A program made the position numbers and the translations under genes. The notes below the pieces were generated by a model, which searched no databases, had not been told where the DNA came from, and worked only from the letters and a program-made list of their open reading frames with translations. A DNA stretch of 10,735 bases from the NCBI GenBank assembly GCA_038205935.1, contig JBBRBK010000066.1, positions 1 to 10,735 of the forward strand, in the 5' to 3' direction. Shown one piece after another: positions 1 through 7,208 of the stretch (position 1 is the stretch's first letter; every line of letters begins with the position of its first letter). This DNA is from Campylobacterales bacterium (GTDB taxonomy: Bacteria; Campylobacterota; Campylobacteria; Campylobacterales; Sulfurimonadaceae).

Positions 1-1922
1 GGTTTGAGATCAAAGATCTTCACGCGAAGGCGCATCCCTTCTACTTCTATCATCGCTTCTTTCTCTTTTAAAGAAACGATAGTACCTCTTTGACCTCGGT
101 ATTTGATGCTATCACCTGCGCTGAAGTTATAGGCTTTTTTCTTCAGCGGCTCAATCGGCTCTTTTGGAAGTGCGTTATTAGCCTTATTCATTGCTCTATG
201 AATCGCCGCTGTATCATTTGCCGTTGCGGCTTTTTTGGCTTCATTGATAGCAATATCAAACTCGGCTTTTAACTTCTGTTTTTGAGAGTTCAGTTCTACA
301 TACAGAGACTCTTCAAGCTCTTTAACTCTCTGCTCTTTTTTTTGCAGATCATCAAGTTTTTCATCAACAAGTTTATGTTTATGTTTAAGATCTCGCTCCA
401 TCGTTGAGCCACGTTCGATGAGTTCGTTAAGTTTCTCATGGTTAAGCCCGTAAACTTCTTTGGCACGCGTTACAATATGCGGTGCAATGCCATATCTGCT
501 CGCCGTTTCAAAAGCATAACTCTTACCGATAACACCATGAAGAAAATCATAAGTCGGCAAACGTTTTTCTTCATCATACAATGCCGCCAAAAGCTCCACA
601 TCATCGCGGTCTGCCATCAATGAAGCCAGACGTTTATGGTGCGTAGTAATAACAATCTTTTGATCTTTTTTGATAAGCTCATCAAGGATAACATTAAATA
701 AAGCCGCCGCCTCATCGCTGTCAGTTCCTAGCTCGATCTCATCGACTCCCACAAGAGTCGCGCGGTATTCAAAAAGATGAGCAAACTCTTTCATACGCCC
801 AGCAAAAGTAGAGATATCATTTTTCACGTTTTGAGGATCATCGATGATGGCATCGATATGTTTGAATGTTCCGATAGATGAGCGGTGCTCATTGATATTC
901 ATCGGGATCAGATATTTTGCCATCAATGCACTTGAGAGGATCGATTTTAAAAGCATCGTCTTTCCGCCGGCATTGACACCTGTGATCATCAGTACTTTTT
1001 TCGTAAAGTCGACACTTACACTTTTGGCATGTTCGAGCGCTGGATGTTTGAACTCTTGCATAATGATATCTGAGTTTTTTTGCGCGTGTAAGATTGCTAA
1101 ATCTTTACTCTTTGCAAAGTGGATACGCGCTTGGTAATGATCAAATCTGTCAAACTCTTTGTCAATGTAGCTCAAAAACAGAACCATCTCGGTGAGTTTA
1201 CTAGAGAACTGTTTTGCGTATTCATAAAAAAGTGCTTCACGCTCTTGGTCTATAAAGCGGATTGCCTGTTTTTCTTTGATGATGGCATCTGGAGAGACAT
1301 AAAAATATCCGCCCGTAGAACGTCCCATAACACTGCCTTTGAGCACATGATTGAACCCGCCGCGCACAAGTAAACACTCTTCTTCGTTAAGATAATGCAC
1401 CTGCGTGTCTACAAGATAAGAACCAAGTTTTTGTCCATGTAAAAGACGTTTAAGCGCGGCACTTATCTCATTTTTGTGGGCTTTGATTCGTTGCGCTAAA
1501 CCAAAAAGTTGAGCATCGAGCTGCTCTTCAAAGTTTCCGCTCTCATCGAAATATCTGTCAATATCTATGAAATTTTCAGGAATAACAACCTTGTCAACCC
1601 ACTCTCCAAACATCCCTCGTATCTCACGATTTTTAAAATATCTGATATAACGGACAAGTTTTATAAGCTCAAATATCTGATCAAAGCGCAAAACTCCATG
1701 CTTTTTGAGATGCATAATAATTGTAGAAAAAGGAAGGATTTTAGGCGGTGCTTTAAACTCTATCTTCTCAAGCTCTTTGATAAAACGGTAATGTCTCTCT
1801 TGATCGCCTTCTATATATAAAGACTGCTCTCGTGAGAAAAAAGATTGTAGAGAATTGATATGCGCAGTTAAATCAAGCTGTGCGGTGAGCTTGTCGAAAT
1901 GGCTATTTTTTGTTACTGACAT
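1..1922 (-). CDS. mutS2: Endonuclease/ATPase MutS2, 3'-truncated by the window edge (640 codons visible; expected C-terminal Smr domain lies off-window)
   Basis: Not in the ORF track because its stop is outside the window. Manual translation from ATG at 1922 (MSVTKNSHFDKLTAQLDL...) is open to position 3. It contains Walker A ITGVNAGGKT (~957-986), DDPQNVKNDISTFAG, Walker B VGVDEIELGTD (~720-752), ITTHH and GKSYAFETA, then a coiled coil and a KOW-like segment FSAGDSIKYRGQRGTIVSLKEKEAMIEVEGMRLRV (~21-125). It overlaps the upstream ORF by 10 nt. Confidence 0.95.
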   Translation of the reverse strand, partial: MSVTKNSHFDKLTAQLDLTAHINSLQSFFSREQSLYIEGDQERHYRFIKELEKIEFKAPPKILPFSTIIMHLKKHGVLRFDQIFELIKLVRYIRYFKNREIRGMFGEWVDKVVIPENFIDIDRYFDESGNFEEQLDAQLFGLAQRIKAHKNEISAALKRLLHGQKLGSYLVDTQVHYLNEEECLLVRGGFNHVLKGSVMGRSTGGYFYVSPDAIIKEKQAIRFIDQEREALFYEYAKQFSSKLTEMVLFLSYIDKEFDRFDHYQARIHFAKSKDLAILHAQKNSDIIMQEFKHPALEHAKSVSVDFTKKVLMITGVNAGGKTMLLKSILSSALMAKYLIPMNINEHRSSIGTFKHIDAIIDDPQNVKNDISTFAGRMKEFAHLFEYRATLVGVDEIELGTDSDEAAALFNVILDELIKKDQKIVITTHHKRLASLMADRDDVELLAALYDEEKRLPTYDFLHGVIGKSYAFETASRYGIAPHIVTRAKEVYGLNHEKLNELIERGSTMERDLKHKHKLVDEKLDDLQKKEQRVKELEESLYVELNSQKQKLKAEFDIAINEAKKAATANDTAAIHRAMNKANNALPKEPIEPLKKKAYNFSAGDSIKYRGQRGTIVSLKEKEAMIEVEGMRLRVKIFDLK

Positions 1923-2242
1923 GAAGACGCGCTTACCATATCTCCGCTAGAAGAACTGTTTTCTTTGCCTATAAATGTGTATGTTCCGATGCTTAGCGTA
2001 TAGTTGCTAGAGTTGATATCTTTGCCCTTGCATGTAAGTGTTTTTCCATTTTCAAAATCTCTTACAACACGTAGAATTTTCTCTTGCTCGCTTGCAGAGT
2101 GTGTGTTATAAAGGTATCCAGCCAAAATGACAGTTGCGAGAATAATCACGACTGCAACCTTTTGTTTTATTGTCAATTCTGTGAAATAATGCAAGATACC
2201 AAACAGTAACGCAAGAACAACGAGAGCATACAAATAAGCCAC
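1913..2242 (-). CDS. Small conserved hypothetical inner-membrane protein (109 aa, two N-terminal TM helices plus a soluble C-terminal domain)
   Basis: GTG start shares 1 nt with the murC TAG stop (TAGTG). Two hydrophobic segments (AYLYALVVLALLFGILHYF; VAVVIILATVILAGYLY) are followed by ...DFENGKTLTCKGKDINSSNY with two Cys. From recall, its position between murC and mutS2 matches the small membrane gene in Campylobacter/Helicobacter (Cj1053c/HP0622 position). Confidence 0.85.
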   Translation of the reverse strand: MAYLYALVVLALLFGILHYFTELTIKQKVAVVIILATVILAGYLYNTHSASEQEKILRVVRDFENGKTLTCKGKDINSSNYTLSIGTYTFIGKENSSSSGDMVSASSCQ

Positions 2243-3552
2243 TAAAGAAGACCTCTGAGCTGATACGTGATATCACCCGCCCCAAAACCTACGATAATGC
2301 CTGAGTCGAGTGTCTTGATGATGTGATTTTCTTTCACAAGATCAACCTTGCCTTCATCTCTTTTTATGCTATCTGCCATAGTGAGATCATAACGAGCAAA
2401 TTTTTCTTTAAAATCAATATGACGCGCCGTTTCACCCGCTGCCCAAACAGGAAGGATGATAAGCTCATCGCACCCTTCAAAACAGCTGATAAACGCTTCT
2501 AGATTATCTAATGTACGTGAGTATTTATGTGGCTGCCAGATCGCTGTGATCTTCTCGAATCCTTTAAGGCGTGCATATTCACTTACCGACTGCATCGTAG
2601 CTTTGATCTCTGTTGGATGATGACCGTAATCATCTATTAAAATAGAATTCTCTTCGATATTGATGATATCAAAGCGTTTTTTGATTCCCTTGAAGTTCAA
2701 AAGATTTGTACGAATATCTTCAAGTTCCATCTCTTCTAGCGCGGCAAGAACAGCTAGAGAAGCATCTACGGCAATATGCTCACCAAATCCCCAAACACAA
2801 AAAGCACCCATATTTTTAAGTTCAAATTTTGTATGTGGTTCATCTTCTATCAAAACATATTCGATATTTTTGATATCTATACTCGGATATAAACGCGTCG
2901 CTTCTATGTCGCTTAGTTGCGCTAAAAATGGATCTTCAGCATTTAAAACTCTATGTTTTGCGGATTCTATAAAAGTACGGTAAGTTTGATAAAAAAGCTC
3001 GTAGTTATAATCATAATATTCCATATGCTCAGGCTCAGCATTGATGACGATAGCGCAGTATGGATTGGAGTTGATAAAACTGCCATCGCTCTCATCGGCT
3101 TCGAAAATCATTACGTCTGTGTCTTTATCATATCTTACGTTAGAACCAAACTCTTTTGACTCCGCGCCGATAATCGCCGAACCATGCATAATGGCCGCTA
3201 AAATTGCCGTTGTCGTACTTTTTCCATGCGCTGCTGCGACTGCGTACACTTTTCTATCATCAAGTATCTCTAAAAGTGCTTCACGGCGTGCGACGACACG
3301 GATACCTTTTTCATTTGAAGCCAGAACTTCGGGATTATCAGGACGGATAATCGCTGAGTGAACAACTAAATCTTGATCTGTGATCGCTTCTCTTAAATGA
3401 GGCACATTGATTTCAATGCCCATTGATCTAAGTTTTTTAGTGATGATGGTATCTTTGATGTCTGAGCCACTGACGGTGTGCCCTTTAAAATGCATATATT
3501 GCGCAAGACCGGAGATTCCGATGCCGCCTATTCCTATAAAATGGATCTTCAT
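2242..3552 (-). CDS. murC: UDP-N-acetylmuramate--L-alanine ligase
   Basis: N-terminal IHFIGIGGIGISGLA, VSGSD, P-loop AHGKSTTT, EADESDGSF, NAEPEHM, FKGIKKRF, DDYGHHPTEI, WQPHKYSRT and GAGDI are all MurC signature motifs. AGGA RBS upstream; ATG directly follows the upstream TAA. Confidence 0.97.
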   Translation of the reverse strand: MKIHFIGIGGIGISGLAQYMHFKGHTVSGSDIKDTIITKKLRSMGIEINVPHLREAITDQDLVVHSAIIRPDNPEVLASNEKGIRVVARREALLEILDDRKVYAVAAAHGKSTTTAILAAIMHGSAIIGAESKEFGSNVRYDKDTDVMIFEADESDGSFINSNPYCAIVINAEPEHMEYYDYNYELFYQTYRTFIESAKHRVLNAEDPFLAQLSDIEATRLYPSIDIKNIEYVLIEDEPHTKFELKNMGAFCVWGFGEHIAVDASLAVLAALEEMELEDIRTNLLNFKGIKKRFDIINIEENSILIDDYGHHPTEIKATMQSVSEYARLKGFEKITAIWQPHKYSRTLDNLEAFISCFEGCDELIILPVWAAGETARHIDFKEKFARYDLTMADSIKRDEGKVDLVKENHIIKTLDSGIIVGFGAGDITYQLRGLL

Positions 3553-4044
3553 TTATTTTCCTGTCTTAGAATCATTGAAAAGTTCATCAGCTTTTGATGA
3601 GAATGCACTGACATAAAAAGTGCCATTTTGCTGAGTTTTGTCTACATCTGCAATTTCATTGATAAAATCATCCAAAGTCATCTTTGCATCTGCAGCTTTT
3701 TGATGGATTTTCATCGCTTTTGAAAACTCCGCAGAGTTACTAAGACCGCTTAAAACTTCAAAAAGTGCAGAAGCATCATGACTACTTCCAGCACTGTAAT
3801 GCTCAACTGCATATTCATACAAAGCACGAAGCGTCGCAAAATCCTGCACTTCGTTTATGTCCATCTTGATCGCTTTTTCAAGCACTTCTGTGAGTCTCTC
3901 TAATGCTAGTTCTAGGATATTTGAGTAATAACGCATCACTTCATCTTCGCTGAGTTCATCCTGCGCGCGTTGTTCTAGCATATAAAGTTTTGCGATATCG
4001 CCCTCTTCTTGCGCTTTATACACTTCTACTTTCAAATCTTTCAT
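3553..4044 (-). CDS. Hypothetical acidic alpha-helical protein (163 aa) with one TPR-like motif
   Basis: The ORF track starts it at GTG 4053, but that GTG overlaps the end of the AAGGAG Shine-Dalgarno (4058-4053). The SD lies 8 nt before ATG 4044, which forms an ATGA overlap with the dapC stop, so 4044 is the better start. Segment LRALYEYAVEHYSAGSSHDASALFEVLSGL fits TPR spacing. Confidence 0.8.
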   Translation of the reverse strand: MKDLKVEVYKAQEEGDIAKLYMLEQRAQDELSEDEVMRYYSNILELALERLTEVLEKAIKMDINEVQDFATLRALYEYAVEHYSAGSSHDASALFEVLSGLSNSAEFSKAMKIHQKAADAKMTLDDFINEIADVDKTQQNGTFYVSAFSSKADELFNDSKTGK

Positions 4045-5180
4045 ACGAGACACTCCTTTATGCGTTGTAGCGCTTCTTTAGTTTTTTCTTCATTTTCAAC
4101 AAGTGCGATGCGTACAAATCCAACTCCAGGATTCAAACCGTTTGCATCCGCGCGCGCTAAAAATTCACCCGGTAAAACCTTGACGTTATACTCTTCATAA
4201 AGCTTACATGTAAAGCCTAGTGCGTCATCCACTTTAAGCCAAACATAAAAAGTAGCATCTGAAACTTCGCATCCTAAAATTTCTTGAACCAAAGCAAAAT
4301 TATTTTTATAAATCTCACGAGAGACTGCTACGTGGGTTTCATCATTCCAAGCCGCAGCTGCCGCACTTTGAAGAGGAAGTGGAGATGCACATCCAACGTA
4401 AGTTCGATAGCCCAGATACTCTTTTAAAATAGAAGCATCGCCAGCGATAAAACCACTGCGAAGCCCCGGAGCTGAAGAACGTTTTGAGATAGAGTTGATA
4501 ACAAGCACATTTTTGAAATCTAAGTTGCCTACATGTAAGGATGCTTCGAGAAGCGAAGGCACTGGTTTGTTTGTATATATTTCGCTGTAACACTCATCAT
4601 TCATCAAAACAAAATCATGTTTTAGAGCCAGATTTACCCACTCGCCTAACTCTTCAACATTCAAAACTGAAGCTGTCGGGTTGTTTGGAAAGTTGATGAT
4701 GACAAGATCACATTTGCTCAAAACTTCTTCATCAATCACAGGTTTAAAACTGTTTTTTTCTTCAAGATTTATGTGGATCACTTTCGCGCGAGATGCAATT
4801 GCCGCGCCTTCATAAATCTGATAAAAAGGGTTTGTATAGGCCATTACAGGCTCTTTTTTATCATAAAGTAAAAATTGAGGAAAGTTAAAAAGAACCTCGC
4901 GTGTTCCAAAAGTAGGAATGATCTGCTCATCACTTAAAGCCACATGAAATCTTTTTAAAACAAAATTTTTCATACTTTCCACTAAAAGCGGTTCACCGCC
5001 TGTTTTTGGATATTTTCTCAAGCTTGAAGCAGTTTTACAAAGTTCTTCTTGGATAAATGCCGGTGTCTCAAACTGAGGCTCGCCGATGGTTAAAACAATA
5101 GGTTCATAAGCGGCACTTGGAATAATATTTTTTAGGAGCGTATTTAGCTTTTCAAATGGATATGGTTCAAAATTTATCAA
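4041..5180 (-). CDS. dapC: PLP-dependent class I/II aminotransferase, probably N-succinyldiaminopimelate aminotransferase
   Basis: Motifs FEPYPFEKL, LTIGEP, NPFYQIYEGAA, NFPNNPT, NDECYSEIY and the PLP-lysine motif NSISKRSSAPGLRSGF are typical of DapC. TTG start with AAGG RBS 9 nt upstream. Co-operonic with murC, as recalled for H. pylori HP0624-HP0623. Confidence 0.85.
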   Translation of the reverse strand: MINFEPYPFEKLNTLLKNIIPSAAYEPIVLTIGEPQFETPAFIQEELCKTASSLRKYPKTGGEPLLVESMKNFVLKRFHVALSDEQIIPTFGTREVLFNFPQFLLYDKKEPVMAYTNPFYQIYEGAAIASRAKVIHINLEEKNSFKPVIDEEVLSKCDLVIINFPNNPTASVLNVEELGEWVNLALKHDFVLMNDECYSEIYTNKPVPSLLEASLHVGNLDFKNVLVINSISKRSSAPGLRSGFIAGDASILKEYLGYRTYVGCASPLPLQSAAAAAWNDETHVAVSREIYKNNFALVQEILGCEVSDATFYVWLKVDDALGFTCKLYEEYNVKVLPGEFLARADANGLNPGVGFVRIALVENEEKTKEALQRIKECLV

Positions 5181-5207
5181 TAGATTTTACCTTTTTTAAG
5201 ATGCGCA

Positions 5208-5216
5208 ATTTTAACA
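5208..5216 (-). promoter_or_regulatory. Extended -10 sigma70 promoter (TGtTAAAAT) for the dapC-murC-mutS2 operon
   Basis: Minus strand reads TGTTAAAAT, ending 27 nt upstream of the TTG start. It matches the TGnTAnAAT consensus of Campylobacterota housekeeping promoters, with A/T tracts upstream instead of a clear -35. Confidence 0.65.
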
Positions 5217-5283
5217 TAATAATAGATGATTTTTTTGTGTGCTTTTGAATCTTCGAACTATAAATTATTCAAATAAAAGAAAC

Positions 5284-5294
5284 TGTGTTATAAT
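5284..5294 (+). promoter_or_regulatory. Extended -10 sigma70 promoter (TGTGtTATAAT) for the divergent membrane protein gene
   Basis: Perfect TRTGnTATAAT consensus ending 31 nt upstream of ATG 5326, in an AT-rich intergenic region. Confidence 0.75.
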
Positions 5295-5325
5295 ATTTCA
5301 CAAAATTAAATTAAAGTGCATTAAA

Positions 5326-5733
5326 ATGGCAAACTCAAACAAAGATAGCTTCGGTAATAATCCGCTCTATGGTTCATCCAATAGTGATACACAAAAATAT
5401 CTCAATCGTATGAAAGACGTTAGACACACTCAACAAGAAAGTTTTGGCTCAACAAAAATCGATATCAATGAGTTTATTCTTTCACCTGAGGGATGGGAAA
5501 CTGCCATGTTTTCCATCTATTTTCTTGTTATTCCATATATAACTGGTGCAATTTTTTTATTTCTTTTTATCGCACATGCAAGTGTTACAAACTTTTTTGT
5601 TCTTGATTTTAGTGCTTTTTTTATTGTTTGGACTATTGGCTATGAAACAATTGCTGCTCTTATACTGATCTCTATATTTATCTCTTACCTCAATTATTTA
5701 CGCGAACCTGCACATAAACAAGTTAGAAGATAG
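5326..5733 (+). CDS. Hypothetical membrane protein (135 aa; polar N-terminus, 2-3 C-terminal TM helices)
   Basis: The ORF track start at 5239 (GTG) lies upstream of the perfect -10 at 5289-5294 and translates AT-rich intergenic DNA, so ATG 5326 (MANSNKDS...) is preferred; its RBS is weak (AAAGTG). Hydrophobic blocks FSIYFLVIPYITGAIFLFLFIA and FSAFFIVWTIGYETIAALILISIFISYL. Confidence 0.8.
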   Translation: MANSNKDSFGNNPLYGSSNSDTQKYLNRMKDVRHTQQESFGSTKIDINEFILSPEGWETAMFSIYFLVIPYITGAIFLFLFIAHASVTNFFVLDFSAFFIVWTIGYETIAALILISIFISYLNYLREPAHKQVRR

Positions 5734-5774
5734 ACTTTATAATTGCATGATTCATAAGATCTAGGATCTACTTT

Positions 5775-7208
5775 TTATGGTAGGGGAGAAGAGTTCCACC
5801 CTCCTCCAAGTCCACCGATCAATGCAGCATGCGCGACCATAAAGCGACTTTGTAACTCTGCTTGTAAAAGCATATCATTAAACAAATTTGCCTCAGCACT
5901 CATCGTATTTAACTCATTTACGATTCCTGCATTGTATTGATTTTTACTGATACTAAATATCTCTTGAGAGAGTTTTAGCTTCTCTTTTTGAATTTCCGAT
6001 TCATCCTTTAAACTTTTGAGTGCAGAGAGTGCATCTTCTACTTGTCCAAATGCCACTAAGACACTCTGCTTATAATTTGCCACACTTTCATCATAGTTTG
6101 CCATGGCTTGTTTTTTATTGGCTTCTCGCACGCCGCCATCAAAGATCGCCTGAGATAAAGAACCTCCAAGCGCCCAGATAAGGTTTGGTGTAGAGATCAG
6201 ATCTGCGAGTGTGCTGGCTTGCGCGCCTAAAGATGCGGAAAGTCCAAGCTGAGGAAACCAAGCTGCATCTGCCACGCCGATCTGTGCATTTGCAGACCTC
6301 ATCCTTCGCTCTGCAGAAGCTATGTCGGGACGTCGTTCAAGGAGTTCTGAGGGAAGAATGGAGGGTATATCTAAAGCGCTTACATGCGAAGTGCCCTCTA
6401 TGTGTGAAGTGTCTTCTGGGTATAAGGCTTTTTTGGCGATGCTAAACTCAGATGGATTTTTTCCTATTAATACTGCGATAGAATGTTCTAACTGAGCTCT
6501 TGGTATTTCAAGTTCACTGATCTGTGCACGCACAGCTTTTACTGCCCCATGAGCTATGAGGACATCTGTTCTTACAACGATTCCCGCATTGTATTGATTT
6601 TCAATGATAGCTAGAGAAGCGGTATAATCTTTTAAAATCTTACTCAAAAGTATCGATTGTGAGTCCAAACCTCGCAGTTGAAAATAGCTTTGAGCCAGCA
6701 AGATTTGGATGGAAAGTCTTGCCGCTGCAAGATCTTTTTTTGCAGCCTCTGCATTCGCCTCATTTGCCTCAACAGCTCTTTTTACTTTTCCCCAAATATC
6801 AGGAATCCAGCTCGCTTGAAGTGAAGCATCTACACTTTTTGTAGTCTTTGTTACACTACTTCCTGTTTGTGTACTATGTGAAGTTGAAGCCGATAGACCC
6901 GCACCGATTGTCGGAAGTGCGTCTGCACGAGATGCATCGACAACAGCCAATGCGTATCTGTATGCAGCGGCATTTTTTGCCAAAGTCTGATTTGATACAT
7001 CTACTGCTTGCATGTAGGAATCTAACAATGCATCGTTATACTCTTGCCACCATTTATCGCCGATTTTCGCATCGTTTGGAGTCGCTATTTTCCAGCCTTT
7101 AAAAGCTTGCGGAGTCGTAATTTGTGGTTTTACATAATCTTTTCCGGCGCTACAGCCAGCAGTGAGGAGCGCGCCGCAAAGTAAAAGAGAAAGAGAAATT
7201 GTTCTCAT
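5775..7208 (-). CDS. RND efflux outer-membrane lipoprotein, NodT/OprM (OpmB-like) family
   Basis: Signal peptide with lipobox LTAG-C19 followed by SAGKDYVKP. Motifs WWQEYND, ASWIPDIWGK, LPSELLERRPDIASAE, ANAQIGVA.AAWFP and C-terminal LGGGW. AAGGA RBS and ATGA overlap with the mdtC stop. Confidence 0.93.
   Translation of the reverse strand: MRTISLSLLLCGALLTAGCSAGKDYVKPQITTPQAFKGWKIATPNDAKIGDKWWQEYNDALLDSYMQAVDVSNQTLAKNAAAYRYALAVVDASRADALPTIGAGLSASTSHSTQTGSSVTKTTKSVDASLQASWIPDIWGKVKRAVEANEANAEAAKKDLAAARLSIQILLAQSYFQLRGLDSQSILLSKILKDYTASLAIIENQYNAGIVVRTDVLIAHGAVKAVRAQISELEIPRAQLEHSIAVLIGKNPSEFSIAKKALYPEDTSHIEGTSHVSALDIPSILPSELLERRPDIASAERRMRSANAQIGVADAAWFPQLGLSASLGAQASTLADLISTPNLIWALGGSLSQAIFDGGVREANKKQAMANYDESVANYKQSVLVAFGQVEDALSALKSLKDESEIQKEKLKLSQEIFSISKNQYNAGIVNELNTMSAEANLFNDMLLQAELQSRFMVAHAALIGGLGGGWNSSPLP
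6373..6431. repeat. Degenerate 2 x 18-bp tandem repeat (6381-6398 / 6399-6416) with imperfect inverted ends, in frame within the outer-membrane factor gene
   Basis: TACATGCGAAGTGCCCTC vs TATGTGTGAAGTGTCTTC: 13/18 identical, all five differences are transitions; encodes EDTSHI-EGTSHV. Left arm AAAGCGCTTACA (6373-6384) vs reverse complement of right arm AAAGC-CTTATA (6421-6431). Confidence 0.6.

Noticed and set aside
336..343. T8 homopolymer in mutS2 (also T8 at 7512-7519, 8373-8380 and 10289-10296) as phase-variation tracts
   Set aside because: Lys-rich codon runs in an AT-rich genome with frames intact; coding phase variation in this phylum mainly uses longer poly-G/C or dinucleotide tracts.
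144..386. Short tandem repeats in mutS2 (EPI-EPL at ~144-161; GTTTAT repeats at 371-386, KHKHK)
   Set aside because: Only 2-3 short units in linker or coiled-coil sequence; expected by chance.
90..1820. Five plus-strand ORFs (90-272, 438-623, 844-1137, 1119-1373, 1509-1820)
   Set aside because: All lie antisense to the continuous mutS2 frame, with no recognisable motifs.
3004..3011. GTTATAAT antisense -10-like box inside murC
   Set aside because: Explained by the codons for YDYNY; such matches are frequent in AT-rich DNA.
2660..4593. ORFs 2660-2983, 2953-3159, 3041-3361, 3407-3616, 4009-4200 (+) and 4342-4593 (-)
   Set aside because: Antisense or off-frame shadows of murC, the hypothetical gene and dapC; composition is typical of reverse-complement translation.
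5239..5325. 29-codon N-terminal extension of the plus-strand ORF
   Set aside because: It spans the gene's own predicted promoter and reads as translated AT-rich intergenic DNA.
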